Counted from the whole stretch's first letter, positions 1 through 13,086 are shown. The stretch is DNA of 57,964 bases, filler included, from Catajapyx aquilonaris (GCA_000934665.2; 3 parts of 3 records of this genome joined end to end with filler, not necessarily neighbours in it), one strand, 5' to 3'. Notes: generated by a model from the sequence alone, not told the origin. Numbers and translations: made by a program.

Positions 1-904
1 CAATTTTTATCAAGCCGGTTCAGTATCTTGTGCAAAATAATAGCGAAATTCGCGAATTTGTCGCCCCGCCTTTTGTTTGATTGCGAGTAACGAAATTTGC
101 ACTTTAATTGTCCTGATGCATGGATGCAAATTATAGAAAATATCACATTATGTTTAGGCTTTAATTTGCAATTTTCTAATTAATTTTTTTGTTTATGCAA
201 GCGGCTCTAGTGCAAGAATAGGTCGATGACCGGCTCCATTGTTGATTGAATATATGAAGTTTGCAAAAAAAATTGCGCGCAAAATCTTTAAGTTCATGCA
301 CTATAACTCGATTCATTAATTAGGCCATAAAAATGTACAGAGCAGGGGCCCGACTAGAGCAACTGGCTAACCTAATCAGTCATCTGCAAATGGATGCACA
401 TGATTAAACAATAACGTAATTATTCCGGGCCTCTGTACACACGGATTCGGGTCTGGTCTTACACTGTACACCGCAATTATATGGTAATTTTTCAACAGTA
501 GCCTCCAATAACGAAGTTTTTTAAAAATAACATTAATCTCCTCCGAAGCGTTACTAACTATACCGCAGGGTTGTGCACGCACCCGGAATAGATATTATTC
601 AGGAGCACGAGAAATTATCGCACACTAAAGCCAGTACATTAATTACGCTTTGAAAAAAAATAATATTTTATTGAAAAATGCAGTTAGAAGAGTTTTACTG
701 GCGATATTGTTAGCTGTTATCGGAGTCACAATCATCTGCGTTGCAAACGTAACTGATCCGACAAAGTAGCAGTTATTGTGAATCCCTATCCTGATCCCTG
801 CACCGGAGAGAAAAAATGTGAAAGAAAATTTGCAAGAAAAAAATGGTGGTATTCCACCCCCCCTAAGGGAGCCAATGGCTCCAGCACGGGGTAACAAGAA
901 ACAA

Positions 905-1960
905 CTGGCTGTATTATAAAATATCAGTTATTAAAGTAGCAGCTAGCGGTTTAAAGCCCTTATTTTTAAGACGGATACTGCCTTCTAAAGTAGCAGTTAT
1001 TTATGAAAATAGCAATAACTTAATAAAGGAGCAGTTGCGTCTGAAGAGATTGCCTTCTAAAAGTAGGAGGTACTTTCTGAAATAGCAGGAATTTATGAAA
1101 ATGGCAATAACATCATATAAAGTAGCAGTTATATCTGAAATACAGGGTGGTCCAAGTTCAAGTGTCGTTTTATAACGGCGATTAATAGAAGCGCTTAACG
1201 ATGACGTAGCAGCGACGTGTAAAATTGCCCACTTCGATGGCGCCGAAGATGCGCCGAAGTTGGACATTTTACGCGTCGCTGCTACGTCATCGCAAAATCA
1301 CTGCTATTAATCGCCGTTATAAAACGACACTTGAACTTGGACCACCCTGTATATTGCCTTCTAAAAGTGGCAGTTTCTCACTAAAATAACAGGGCTATGA
1401 AAGCAACAATAACTTACTAAAGTTGCAGTTACCATATGAAATAGAGATTGCCTTCTAAAATAGCAGTCATCTAGATTCTAGAGCAAGCTCTCAAAGTAGC
1501 ATAACTCACTAAAGTAGCAGCTGATTTCAAAATAACGTCTTTTTAAAGTAGCAGCTAGCGTTTTAAAGCCCTTACCTTTAAGACGCAGATTGCCTTTTAG
1601 AAGTAGCAGTTACCATCTGAAATAGATAATAACTTCTAAAAACAGCAGTCACTGTCTAAAATAGGAGGCGTATACTATTAGTATGCTATGAAAAGATAAT
1701 AGCTTACTAAATTAGCAGCTACCTTCAAAATAACGTCTTACTAAATTAGCACCTACCTTCAAAATAACGTCTTACTAAATTAGCAGCTACTTTCAAAATA
1801 ATAATTACATTCTAAAGTAGCTGCTACTTTTAAGATAGCTGTTTGTCAAGTTGGAATTTGAACTGCTATTAATAATTAGATTTTCACGTTGAAATAACGG
1901 TTACTCTAAAAAATGGCAGTTTGTTAGGTTATATTATGATTAATAAATAGCGGTTTTTCG
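905..1960. repeat. Degenerate short-motif tandem repeat (AAA(G/A)TAGCAG(T/C)TA family)
   Basis: Dozens of variants of AAAGTAGCAG/AAAATAGCAG, often followed by TTA or TTGCCTTCTA; boundaries approximate. Confidence 0.7.
1143..1349. mobile_element. Palindromic Tc1/mariner-type MITE (207 bp), copy 1
   Basis: TA|CAGGGTGGTCCAAGTTCAAGTGTCGTTTTATAACGGCG ... CGCCGTTATAAAACGACACTTGAACTTGGACCACCCTG|TA; TA TSD; near-identical copy at 11051-11257. Confidence 0.9.
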
Positions 1961-1968
1961 TATAGCTA

Positions 1969-2691
1969 CACTGTAAACATCACCGCGCCACAAAGCATAT
2001 AAAAAGCATGAAAAGAGCTCTTGGAATGCTCTTTTAATGCTTTGATGTTTATAATATTGTACATATTAGCTACACGTGGCTGTTGGGAAATAGCTGCTTT
2101 AATTATACAGGGTGTCTCAAGTTTTTTTGTCCGAACAGTTATCGGAAATATTGCACTATAAGCTGCTACTTTGTAAGCAGTGACTTGCTACCGATTTGTC
2201 GGAGGAATGCGGAATATTCCGTGCGAATCTTACGTTGAAGTGGCATACACTGCTTACAAAGTAGCAGCTTAGTGCAATATTTCCGATAACTGTTCGGACA
2301 AAAAAGTTGAGGCACCCTGTATAGTAGCGAGCAGTTTATTTCCAGAAAGTTGCAGGCCCCTGTGGCATTATTAGAAAGTCAGTGTTCTGTTAATGCTTTG
2401 ATGATGCTCTTGTAATGTCTTTTGGTTGCTAAAAAGCAACAAAAAGCATTACAAGAGCATTAAAAATTGATGCTCCATGGGAGACTCACTAGTGATGCTC
2501 TTGTAATGTCTTTTTGTTGCTAAAATCATTATAAGAGCATTAAAATTGATGCTCCATGAGAGACTCACTAGTGATGCTCTTGTAATGCTTTTTGTTGGCT
2601 TTTTAGCAACAAAAAACATTACAAGAGCATAAAAAATTGATGCTTCATGAGAGACTTAGTGATGCTCTTTTAATGGTTTCAGTTTACAGTG
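1969..2691. mobile_element. CACTG-ended (CMC/EnSpm-like) non-autonomous element with internal tandem hairpin units
   Basis: TA|CACTGTAAAC ... GTTTACAGTG|TA; about three 80-90 bp units at 2403-2670, each ATGCTCTTGTAATG...CATTACAAGAGCAT or a close variant. Confidence 0.6.
2108..2319. mobile_element. Palindromic Tc1/mariner-type MITE nested in the CACTG element
   Basis: TA|CAGGGTGTCTCAA...TTGTCCGAACAGTTATCGGAAATATTGCACT mirrored by AGTGCAATATTTCCGATAACTGTTCGGACAA...GGCACCCTG|TA. Confidence 0.85.
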
Positions 2692-3409
2692 TAGCTGTAT
2701 AAAGCCCAGGAACAAGTCCAAGGGAGTTGATTAGCTCGATTCAGATCCACTGTTGAAGCAGTGCAGCAATCCTCCCACGAGCTAGGTTAATGGCCAACCT
2801 AGTGGCAGAAAAACAGATCCCTTCAAAGTGCGCAGAAAAACAGGTTATAACAAGAAGGGGACAAGAGGGGTTGCAACCTGTAAGAAAGCTGAGCAAGCAT
2901 TTCCCTCCCCTCAGCAGACCCTCACTCTCTCTCTCCCAGGCACATTCCCAGCACAGCCTCACTTTAATTTGTAGCTTGTCAGGGCTATGATGGATGGTCA
3001 ATCCCTCTTTTCCACTTGCTATCTCCCACCAAAGCCCTCCCCTCTTCCACTTCATCTCATCCTCTCCCCGCCATATGCTGCTGGTAAATAACAAATTGTT
3101 CACAACCCTCCTATACCCTCGCTGCCACCTTCTCTCTCTCTCTCTCTAGTGGAGGCTCCAACCTATACGAGTAGGGAAGAGATTTTTAATGAAATATGTA
3201 AAGGAACATGGCCGCGGTTGGAATAATTATAATTGGGACCCCCCAAAAACTTGTGATTTTGCCTGATTAGCAATTCCGGGAAGGAAATTTTGGGGGGAGG
3301 AGGTGTGTGCTGGACATGACCGGATTTGCATGTGCCTTTTCATGGGGGTTGTACCACATCATCTTGGAATCCAAATTCGGAGAGGGAAAGGTCGCATGGA
3401 CGCGTCTTG

Positions 3410-3647
3410 CTATCCTTGTGAGGAATTTTTGACGCGTTTTTCCTATCCTTGTGAGGAATTTTGTCATTACGAGGTAGTTTTCCTGTACCTCATAGTGAAC
3501 ACACGCCTCACAAGGATAGGGTAAAATCGAAACAATACCTCATAAAGACAGTAAAAATATATTTCACCAAAATTTCGTGTGTTTCCTTGTAGGTTGGGTT
3601 AGGTTAGTTTTAAATTTTAAATTTTGGAAAAACCTCACAAGGATAGG
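3410..3647. repeat. Small repeat element with two direct and two inverted copies of CTATCCTTGTGAGG plus a GGTTAGGTTAG tract
   Basis: Motif at ~3410 and ~3443; reverse complement at ~3506 and ~3633; probable transposon remnant. Confidence 0.55.
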
Positions 3648-4339
3648 AATTATATTATTATTATGTGTGTTATTATTATGTGTATTCGCACAAGTCGACT
3701 TACGGGGATTGTTTTACATTTTTCAGTTAATCCAGACCACAATATTATTCGTTAAAAAAAGAGATCGAAAGTACAACCCAATTTTATGACATTTTTGAAA
3801 TTATTATAAGTTGTGAACCAACTCGCCCAAAAAATGTCGTAAGTAGAAACAGCCAAATATTTACGCCATATTAACAATGAAAAAATGGGGGCAACTCCGC
3901 TTATTCAACCTGCTTTGTGAGGGCAAGGGCTTACTAGGTGCAACGATAATTATTTACTCATTAGCCCTCAGTACTTAGCTTATGTTTAATTACGTTGTTT
4001 TGCTCGGGCAGGGGTCATGGGTTGTTTATGCAACGCCTAAAATAGAGCTTATTTTTTCCACCTATTTTTCTTCAAGAATGAACTTCCTTGTGGTTGGCTC
4101 TCCCCTGCCGCTTTTCCAACCTTCCCCACCATGAAAACTTGCTTGTTCAATTCCGCCCCCCTTCCCTCCCCTCCTTCCCCCACTTTACATGAATAGTTAA
4201 CCGAGGAACAACTGGAAATTATCCCCCGGCTGGGAAAATGAGCGGATCCACTCACCTGCGCCCAGCTTCCTGCGAAATGCCCTCGGGTCATCTCATCTTG
4301 CCCAACCGGAACACTTTTTTTTGCCCACCAAAAAAAATA

Positions 4340-5150
4340 CAGGGTGGTCCACTACTCTACTTCAACATTCCTATTATGAGAGTATAGAATGGACAGTCCA
4401 TCAAACGATGGCATTCTCAGGGGTCTGCATTTCCTGGGCGGCCCCCGGAGAGGTGGAGGTGTCATCCGCATGGCTTTTGAGTGACGGTATACTAGCACAT
4501 GTCCCTGCCAGGCTCGGTACGTCGCATTTGCCCGATAATTTTAAGTCATTGCAAGCGGCGGCAGCAGCTGGGCGCATATTGTGTGGGTTAGTATAATAAC
4601 GATACTTATTAATAATACGAGTATAATAAAATGAAATTAAAAATCACAAATAACAATTTAAAAAATCAAAAAATTAAAATACGTAAATAAAAGGGCTACA
4701 GGGTAATTTTTAAATGCATAAATAAAAATTAAAAATTAAACTAATAAAATAAAAAATAAACTCGTAATACATAAATAATAAAACTAAAAAACTAAATTAA
4801 AATTAAAATTAAACTAATGTAATAATAGTATACCACTAATACGTACATAAATAATAAAAATAATAACACTAAAAAACTAAATAAAAATATATAAAGTAAA
4901 TATAAAACTAAATTTAAAATTCTAAATAATTTAACAAATTATGGGGGCAACTTCCCTTCAAGAGGGGAATGTCTTGGGAAGGGAGTAAGCTGCTGCTGCT
5001 GTGAGTTTGTATACGCCAACAATGCTGCCCATATTGAACGAATGTTATCTTGGCTTTGCCAATGCCAATTCCCTTATGGCACTGAATATTAAATCGATTT
5101 TTGGGCTGAACGACCACTGGATGTGTGTACTTGGACAGTGTACCACCCTG
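4340..5150. mobile_element. Older CAGGGTG-ended Tc1/mariner-type non-autonomous element with AT-rich core
   Basis: TA|CAGGGTGGTCCACT at left; AGTGTACCACCCTG|TA at right (imperfect TIR). Confidence 0.55.
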
Positions 5151-5357
5151 TACACCTTCTATATCCATGTTAGGTAGGATTATTTTCTGGTTGGCTGATG
5201 ACAGTGGGCCTCTTGGGCACTGCCTTTACCTAATCTACGTTCTACATCCACTCGATCCATCCCGTCCACTCTGCATGCCATTTTCTCTTCCCCCTTTTTT
5301 TTCGCGGAGGGCCAGTTTCCCCCTCTCATGATGTCATTAGACGAGGAGGTCCAAAAG

Positions 5358-5396
5358 TCCTCCTCCTCCTCCTCCTCCTCCTCCTCCTCCTCCTCC
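5358..5396. repeat. (TCC)n microsatellite
   Basis: About 13 perfect TCC units; explains the poly-E and poly-G ORFs in the track. Confidence 0.95.
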
Positions 5397-6446
5397 ATCA
5401 GCATCCCTAAGAACATACCGTTCAAACGCGCTTGAAGCAAGTTGGCCTTCAGGGATGCGCGATCGCAAAAACGATTTTGCCTGGAAAAGTGGGGCCTGAA
5501 GGGAGAAGTGGTGCACTTGCAAAATTTTGTTTTTTTAACTTTTTGCATAGTGGGGGGAGGGGACATCTCCCCCCCTTTATTTCCAGGAGGAAAAAATCAG
5601 GGTCCCCTAGGAATTTTTGTAAGGTAGAGAGAGAGAGAGAAAAAAAAGGGAAGGGCTCTTTTCAGGAAGTAGCTGGGCCTTGGCTTGACAGGGTAACCTT
5701 GTTGAGAACACTGCCTCTGCATCTCTGCTCTTTCTCCGGAGTCATGGCTGCTGTCAAAGTGCACAGAGTCGCTCGCATAAAAATAGCAAGAGTGAAAATA
5801 GAAAATAAGTGAACCCCTGGGGTAAGAGAAATAGAGAGAGAGAGAGTATGGGGCTCTATAGGATATATGCACCGAGCAATAGCCTGCACGAGTGCACGTA
5901 GCCTGAAAATATTAGGACCTACACATAATATTTCATACGACTGGGAAAGGACAATTACCGTATTATGGATTTATTATTTTCACTTTGTTTAATTAACATT
6001 AATTAAATTGATGTATTTATTTGTTTCTTTATCAATTTATTTTTGTTGATGGATTTTAACGATTAATTTATAGACTTCAATATTATTTATGACATTATTT
6101 ATTACTATAATCATTACCTAATTTATTACAATAAATTGTTTATTACATTTTTCACGACAATATTACATTTTTCCCTACAATATTGTCTGTTACATTTTTC
6201 ACTACCATACAATAGTGTTTATGAAATTTTTCACTACGAGACTATTTCTTAAATTTTTCACTTCACTTATTTGTTACACATCTACTACAATTATTATTGA
6301 TTGCATTTTGTATTTGCACACAAATGATTAAATATTACATTATTGATGTACAGTATTACTTTCATGACCGTACGTACTACGCTCATTACATTAAGTAAAA
6401 CATTCATTATATTATTTATTACATTCGATACATTTCTTTATTACAG

Positions 6447-6620
6447 GATCGTCTAACTGGTGGATTTGATGGATATTGTCAACCACACATCACGATCCAT
6501 TCCTGAACACTGCTGGGTACGTACTTGAATATCGTCTACAATAACCTGGATTATTTTTTGATGGTGGAGAGGTTGCTCCATGGGGAATAACTCCGGGAGT
6601 AAATATGGTTGCCTCTCACT
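6447..6620 (+). pseudogene. Possible decayed Kolobok-type transposase fragment 1
   Basis: After an AT-rich tract ending TTACAG, frameshifted translation gives MDIVNH/HITIHS, then (C)LHGE and IWLP, in the order of the remembered motifs W-x-SxxNHIxNxH, CxHGxL, KWL. Confidence 0.35.
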
Positions 6621-7758
6621 TTTGTGCCATGTCCTTTTTTCTTTTCTTTCTTCTCCATCTCTTGATATTATTTCACGTGACATATACCCGTGGATTTGTG
6701 AAAGGCCCTTTGGTGATCGAAAGGGAGAAGAGAGAGAATGGAGAAAATGTGGAATAGGATATGACGGAGGCTGGAGCAGTGGGAGGAGAGGGGAAAAGGG
6801 GAGGGAGGGAGAGTAGATGTGATGGTGGCAAAGGAGGTAAAAGGGAGGGCTCGCCATTTTCAAAGCCGATAATGCAAGGGTAATGCACTGTGTCGATTCA
6901 ATTTCGCGATACTGCCGGAGTTAAAAGGAAAGAGTGTGGGCTTCATCGGCCCAGATGGAGATGGAGAGGAGGGTGGAGAGGGGAGGGGGAAAGAGAGAGA
7001 GGCCCACCCACACACACCACCCCGTCTCTTTCTCCTCATTTCATATACATGGGCACCAATAAAGACATGGGCTCGGAAAAGGGATGAAAATAAGATGGAT
7101 AAAAAAATGGCTGCCAGAATAATAAGATGGACCGTCATATTAAAATTATTTTTTTATTACGCATATTTACATGACGTTATGATTGTTTGGCATGCGTGGA
7201 GAAGCAAGTTTGACATGAAATGTATTGCTTTACCATATTTTAAAATGATGCACTAATTTTAATAAATTTTCAGATATTTTATTTCTTGTTAATGTATATT
7301 TAATTGTCACGAATATTTAATTATTGATTGCACTATTTTAATTCGAAATAATTTACCATCATTAGTACGTGCCCTTTATTCAATATTATTAGTCCTTTAA
7401 ATTTATTTCATATCATTGTTGCTGCCCATTAATTTAATAATTCATTGATTTGAAAATAATGTGATTAGTTTTGTTACTTTTAAACTTCACTATAATTACA
7501 CACATTATATTTTGTTAAAGGTAGCTTATTTATTATGCAGTGTTATTCAAAAATTTTCAGGCCAAGTTGTCAACAACTTTGGGAACAACTGATACAAACT
7601 TTTCTGACTCTTTTTCCAGCCGAAATATTTTTCTGGAGGCAATATTTTTGCATCATGTTTTATGAAGGCATATTATAATTTAGTTTAGTTATAAGCAATA
7701 TTCAATACCTGACGTCATTTCTTGCTCTCTTGTTACTTCACTTGTTTTTATTATTATT

Positions 7759-7970
7759 CAGAACTCATCCAGGGAGATGCTTCCACCTGGTGGGTTTTTC
7801 CGTGCACTTAGGCCTATAAATAGGACATATTTCTGCGTACGACACTTTCTGTATGGCCGCGCTCCACTGCTAACGAGTCTGCAAATAGCTGCAATATCAT
7901 TGTTATTGCACACATAACTCCGCAAGCTGTGGAAACTTACACCGGTGCTTAAAATCAAGCGAGTAAGCCT
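7759..7970 (+). pseudogene. Possible decayed Kolobok-type transposase fragment 2
   Basis: QNSSRE/FH followed 23 codons later by AALH/(A)NE, resembling QTSSLEAFH-x24-AALHxNEN; stops and frameshifts present. Confidence 0.35.
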
Positions 7971-8778
7971 TATTTATCATTCCTGATTGCTGATTGCTAA
8001 TAAATTATGCTCATTACGAGTTTCAATTCCGGGTTAATCATTGCCGTTAGTTAAAACCAGGCCCTGATTTAAACGCCACCCTCCTCCCAAACTAACTCTA
8101 AATAAGCGTTATTTTGGAGGAGTTTCTCTCCAGGGCATAAAATACCCTCGCCGCCGTCGAGATCAGATAAGCGTAGAAGGTGGGCCATTGAAGCATAAAA
8201 CAAGTGTTCTAATCCTGAGGGAGGCAAGTAAATCTGGCGAAAGGACGAGCGATCGCAATCTGAAGCGTACTTTACGCGCAAGTACCGCATCCTCTGCCCG
8301 TCTCACCCTCTCTCTCTCTATACCACCCCCTCCAGCACATGCATACCGGGTGCACCAAAAGTCAGCTCTACAACTGTAGAAATATGCAAGTGTGCCTCAA
8401 CTTGGCACCCCTGCTTGCTCATCAGCCTGGCCTTGGGAGTTCCCTTTCACCTGCGTCAGGAGGGTCTCTGACCCGCACCTTGGAAGTGTCTGGCAACCTA
8501 ACCTACCTGGGGAACAGCAGCACATGACTCAAAGCGAAGACATTGCACGTTCCATCCCCATAAATCCCTATCCTTTGCCAATATGTCCCTGTTTCCTTGC
8601 ACCGGAGAATGAAGTAGAAAAATATATAGAAAACTGATGGTGGTGTGCCACCCTCCTATAGTTCCCGTAAGGGACATCACAGGGGCAAACAAAAATACCC
8701 TGCATCTGACTACCCTGGCCCATTGGTCACCTGGATACAGTGGCACGTAGGCCTACCTGGTAACCTTAGTATTGACGT

Positions 8779-9360
8779 CTGGCCACCCTGACCGTCTGGT
8801 CACCTGGGTACTGTGACATGTACTTGGAAACCTTGGTATCTGGCCACCCTGACCGTCTGGTCGCCTGGGTACTGTGGCATGCATCTGGCAACCATGGCAT
8901 CTGGCCACCCTGACCGTCTGGTCGCCTGGCTACTGTGGGATGTATCTGGCAACCTTGGCCACCCTGACCGTCTGGTCGCCTGGCTACTGTGGCATGCATC
9001 TGTTAACCATGGCTCTGGCCACCCTGACCGTCTGGTCGCCTGGCTATTGTGGGATGTATCTGGCAACCTTGGTATCTGGCCACCCTGACCGTCTGGTCGC
9101 CTGTGTACTTGTGGCATGCATCTGGTAACCATGGCTCTGGCCACCCTGACCGTCTGGTCGCCTGGCTACTGTGGGATGTATCTGGCAACCTTGGTATCTG
9201 GCCACCCTGACCGTCTGGTCGCCTGGCTATACTGTGGCATGCATCTGGCAACCATGGCATCTGGCCATCCTGACCGTCTGGCTCACTGGCTACTGTGGCA
9301 TGTACTCGGGCATGTATCTGGAAACCTTTGTGTCTGGTATTTGCTGGCCACCTTGACCAT
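8779..9360. repeat. ~61 bp GC-rich minisatellite, about 9 units, alternating A/B variants
   Basis: Units start (C/T)TGGCCA(C/T)CCTGACCGTCTGG at 8779, 8840, 8901, ~8955, 9015, 9076, 9137, 9198, 9261. Confidence 0.95.
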
Positions 9361-9919
9361 CTTGTCACATGACTCGCATTTTGCCCTAAAGTGTCATGGC
9401 CGCCTGTTATTTCCAAGATGGCGGATCTACCCCAGTTTATTTCGTATTTGTAGAGATCTGAACTTTTTTCTGGGACACACAGTGGGGGGCCGGACACTTT
9501 ACGATGAGACACATTCCTTGAGTTAGTGCAACCCATACAGGTAGACAGCTAGCACAGGTAAATGTGACGCGTGGCATAGGGGCGATGCAGGCCGCCATTG
9601 TCTGAGGGCATGGTTCGGATGATTTGTATTCGGAGGCAGATAAGGGAGGTCGAGCAGCCAGCCCTAGGCCTGGAGTGAAAAATGCGCCTCCAGCAAAGAG
9701 CGATAAGTCAGCACAAAGCCTCTCGCCAACTCAATCCTTCCAGTGGAGGATGGCAGTTGAGGGAGGGGAGCCAAACATTCTACAGGCAAAGTCAACTTTT
9801 AAATCTGGGACAATATTTATTTGGACAGGGCGGAGGACAAATTCCTAATAAAATGGAAGGGAAATGGGACGCAAAATGTGACAGACATAAGCCAGAGAGC
9901 GAAACAGCAGTGTGAACAT

Positions 9920-10200
9920 CCCATGCGCAGACGTCTCGAATTATAAGTATGCTCCAAGGAGATGCGTATATCGACAAAAATATGCTTATTTTGCGCAGAT
10001 GGATAAGAATAATATGGTTCTGCGCAGGTAGGCAAATACGTGTTTATTATGTGCAGAGCGATAAGAAAAAATATAGTTCTGCACACAAATGTGGCATTTG
10101 TTCTGCGCAGATAGACACAAATGTGTTTCTTTTGCGCAAATAGCTACGTTTCTTCTGCGCAGATCGACAAAAATACTTTCTGCGCATATGATGCACTCGT
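9920..10200. repeat. Array of (TTC)TGCGCA(GAT) motifs
   Basis: TGCGCA palindrome or a variant recurs about 8 times at roughly 20-70 bp spacing; resembles transposon subterminal repeats. Confidence 0.55.
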
Positions 10201-10939
10201 TGTATCAATTGGTCGCATAAACTGCACAGGTTTGAAACCCACTTGACGTTGATGAGAGAGCTCGGCTCTCTCTCTCTCTCTGAGCCTTTTTGAAGCACTT
10301 GATTTTCACGCGGCAAAACTCTTCACCGAGAGTATTGGAAAATCGCGGGTTCAACAACTGAGCAAACCTGCGGTATTTGAAGTGCGCCTAATAATCAATT
10401 ATGGCAAAATATTATGGCAGTATTAATTTCTGGGAGTTGAACATGAGCCAAAATATTATTATTGCCCGGGTGACTGCGGGGCTTCCACATGTGACCCAGT
10501 TCATGTTTAAGCGGTCATGCAACGTCCGAAGAAAATGAAGCCAACCCATAATTAGCACACCAGCGTTTTTCAGGGAGAAAAATTCGCAAAATTTGGACAT
10601 TTTGCGTAACCAAATTATGATCTGAAATGCTAATCAGCACTTTAATATTTTGTCAAAACTATAGTCATCATTTGTTAAAACATGTAGAATTGGCTCAAGT
10701 ATATGTGCCTCTGACACTCTCTCCGGGGCGAGTCATCAGCTAGATGCAATATCACTACCCCATCGTACAACCCTGACAGTGCACTGTGCAGGCAGTAATA
10801 TGCGCCATCCATGTGAGGGACATGGTACTATGCGGACAGTCGCGGGCCCGGGAAGTTTTGCCAAGTTTTGCCAACATTCTCACTAGTTATATTGTATTAA
10901 GCAGAGGCTTATACATGAGATGCTTATTAACACCAATAG

Positions 10940-11520
10940 TGGCACTTAATAACAGTTACTTTAATAATAGCTACTTTCAATAACATTAACAACCGTTACG
11001 TTCACAATAGCTACTTTGAATATTAATTGTGGTAGTTACTTTCAATAATACAGGGTGGTCCAAGTTCAAGTGTCGTTTTATAACGGCGATGAATAGAAGC
11101 GCTTAACGATGACGTAGCAGCGACGTGTAAAATTGCCCACTTCGATTGCGCCGAAGATGCGCCGAAGTGGGACATTTTACGCTTCGCTGCTACGTCATCG
11201 CAAAATCACTGCTATTAATCGCCGTTATAAAGCGACACTTGAACTTGGACCACCCTGTATACCATTAGTAATAACAGTTACTTTCAATAATACCATTTAG
11301 TAATAACAGTTACAACAGTAACAGTTATTTCCAAAACCACTTTTAACACTAATGATAATAGCTATTTTAAATAATATTTGTAGCAATTACTTTTAATAAT
11401 ATATAATGGATATTTCATTTATAGATATTACAAGTAATGGTTACGTTTAATACAAATAACGGTTACTTTTGCTATTGAAAACAGTTACTTTAACTACTCA
11501 TAATGGTAACTTCTATAACG
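10940..11520. repeat. Degenerate AATA(A/G)CAGTTACTTT tandem repeat
   Basis: Repeated TAACAGTTACTTT / TAGCTACTTT; same motif family as 905-1960. Confidence 0.65.
11051..11257. mobile_element. Palindromic Tc1/mariner-type MITE (207 bp), copy 2
   Basis: Same length as 1143-1349 with about 5 substitutions; TA TSD; different flanks. Confidence 0.9.
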
Positions 11521-12446
11521 TGTGATTTTAGCAGGAAAAAAAATCTGGTGGTAATATTAGCACGAATTAAGACCCTGATACAACAAACTACGTATTATCA
11601 CTCTTAGCTAAGGTTATCATTTTAGAAGAAGCACGTGACCTTCGTCACCTTGCTAGAGTGCTGATTTATTGCCACAATATCATCGGGGCTTTTCTTATTT
11701 CCAGACATTATTCTTGAGCAGTGAGTAGATTAGGACCGGTTTTTGCAAGAGAGAAGGAGATACTAGTTGTGTTGATCGTCTGCATGAAGATGAGATTGGA
11801 CCCCAGGAAAAGAGGCCCAGGTGTGTCCCTGGCAACCTTGTTTTCCGAGGGAGTAACCGGAATGTCCGACAAGGAGGCAATCCTCTTTTTTTTCTCTCTC
11901 TTCCTCCCCCCCCCCCTTCCCTCCAGCATCCTGAGATGGAATGAGGCAAGGAAAAGCACAAGGCAAAGGTTTTTTGAGCTGCTTACGCGAAACCTAACGT
12001 GAGCCGAATTAGAAGGCCGGTCGATTGGCAGCCGCCTTCTCCTTTAAGAGTGCGGGGGGGGGGGGAGGAAAGAAGTGGGGGGAGGGAAAAAACAGACAAA
12101 AAGAGAAAAAAAGCTAAGAGCGAAAACCCGTGGCAAAGTTGCGAATTTTCTCCCGCTTAACAAGTGCTCATTTGGGAAATTAAGCCCCGTTTTATGCAAA
12201 TGGCGGCTTCCCCTCGCTTTCTTGTCCCGCCAATCTCCAAGGAGGGACCCAAAAAAATTTGCTGTAATCCGAGAAAAGATAACTTCCAACTGACGTCACG
12301 AGAATCATTCGATTGTCATGTCCATCATTGTTTCTAAATAATTTAATTGTCAGTTTAAGCAAGGGATTTTTGGCACTATCTGTAATCACACAGTCCATTA
12401 ATTTGTTATATAATGTATGTAAACTATCATGACTGTGTAAATAAGT

Positions 12447-12551
12447 AAATACGTAAATATGCAAATATATGAATAAAATACGTCAATATGCAAATATATG
12501 CATAAAATACGTAAATATGCAAATATATGAATAAAATACGTAAATATGCAA
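12447..12551. repeat. 29 bp AT-rich minisatellite
   Basis: AAATACGTAAATATGCAAATATATGAATA, about 3.6 copies. Confidence 0.85.
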
Positions 12552-12775
12552 TTAAATACATCGACATACCATACAGTACATGTAAATAAATTCGACCACA
12601 AGTAAACACAGGCATTTTGAAAATAAATTTACAAGTATAAAAGCATAAACATAAGCGAATAAATAACTACATATTTAGTACATAAATTCATAGGTTAGTA
12701 CATAAATGCATAAATATGTCAATGAATAACTACATAAATTCAGTACATAAATTCATAAGTTAGTATATGAACACA

Positions 12776-13086
12776 TCTATATAAATAAAGCCGTTTGTAA
12801 GTCTGTCTGTCGTCTCTGTCCGTCTGTCCGCCCGCCAACTGTCATTTGCCTGCCATCTGTGCTCCACCCCCAGGCCGGAACAGGATGGACGTGTTGGGGG
12901 GTTTTGAATACAGATGGCAGGCAAATGACGGTTGCCGTTATACAGGCGGGAGATATTGAAGGTGTTGGAGTAGCAGGAGATGGCATTGGTGGGCGGACAC
13001 ACTGAAAGACAGACGTTCACGGGGCCACTGGCAGGTGTTTTCCCTTCATTCATTTCTTCCAGGGCAACGCCGGGTGCCGCAGCTAG
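12776..13086 (+). mobile_element. Non-autonomous Helitron
   Basis: A|TCTATATAAATAAAG 5' end, (GTCT/GTCC)n tract, 3' GC-rich hairpin-like CCAGGGCAACGCCGGG then GCAGCTAG|T; inserted at AT with no TSD. Confidence 0.85.

Noticed and set aside
2403..2670. CRISPR-like palindromic repeat array
   Set aside because: Intervening sequences are mutually homologous, the context is eukaryotic and it lies within transposon-like termini
8779..9360. CRISPR-like array or repetitive protein gene (ORFs 8766-9536)
   Set aside because: The variable halves are two recurring variants, not unique spacers; no cas genes; the 61 bp unit shifts frame each copy
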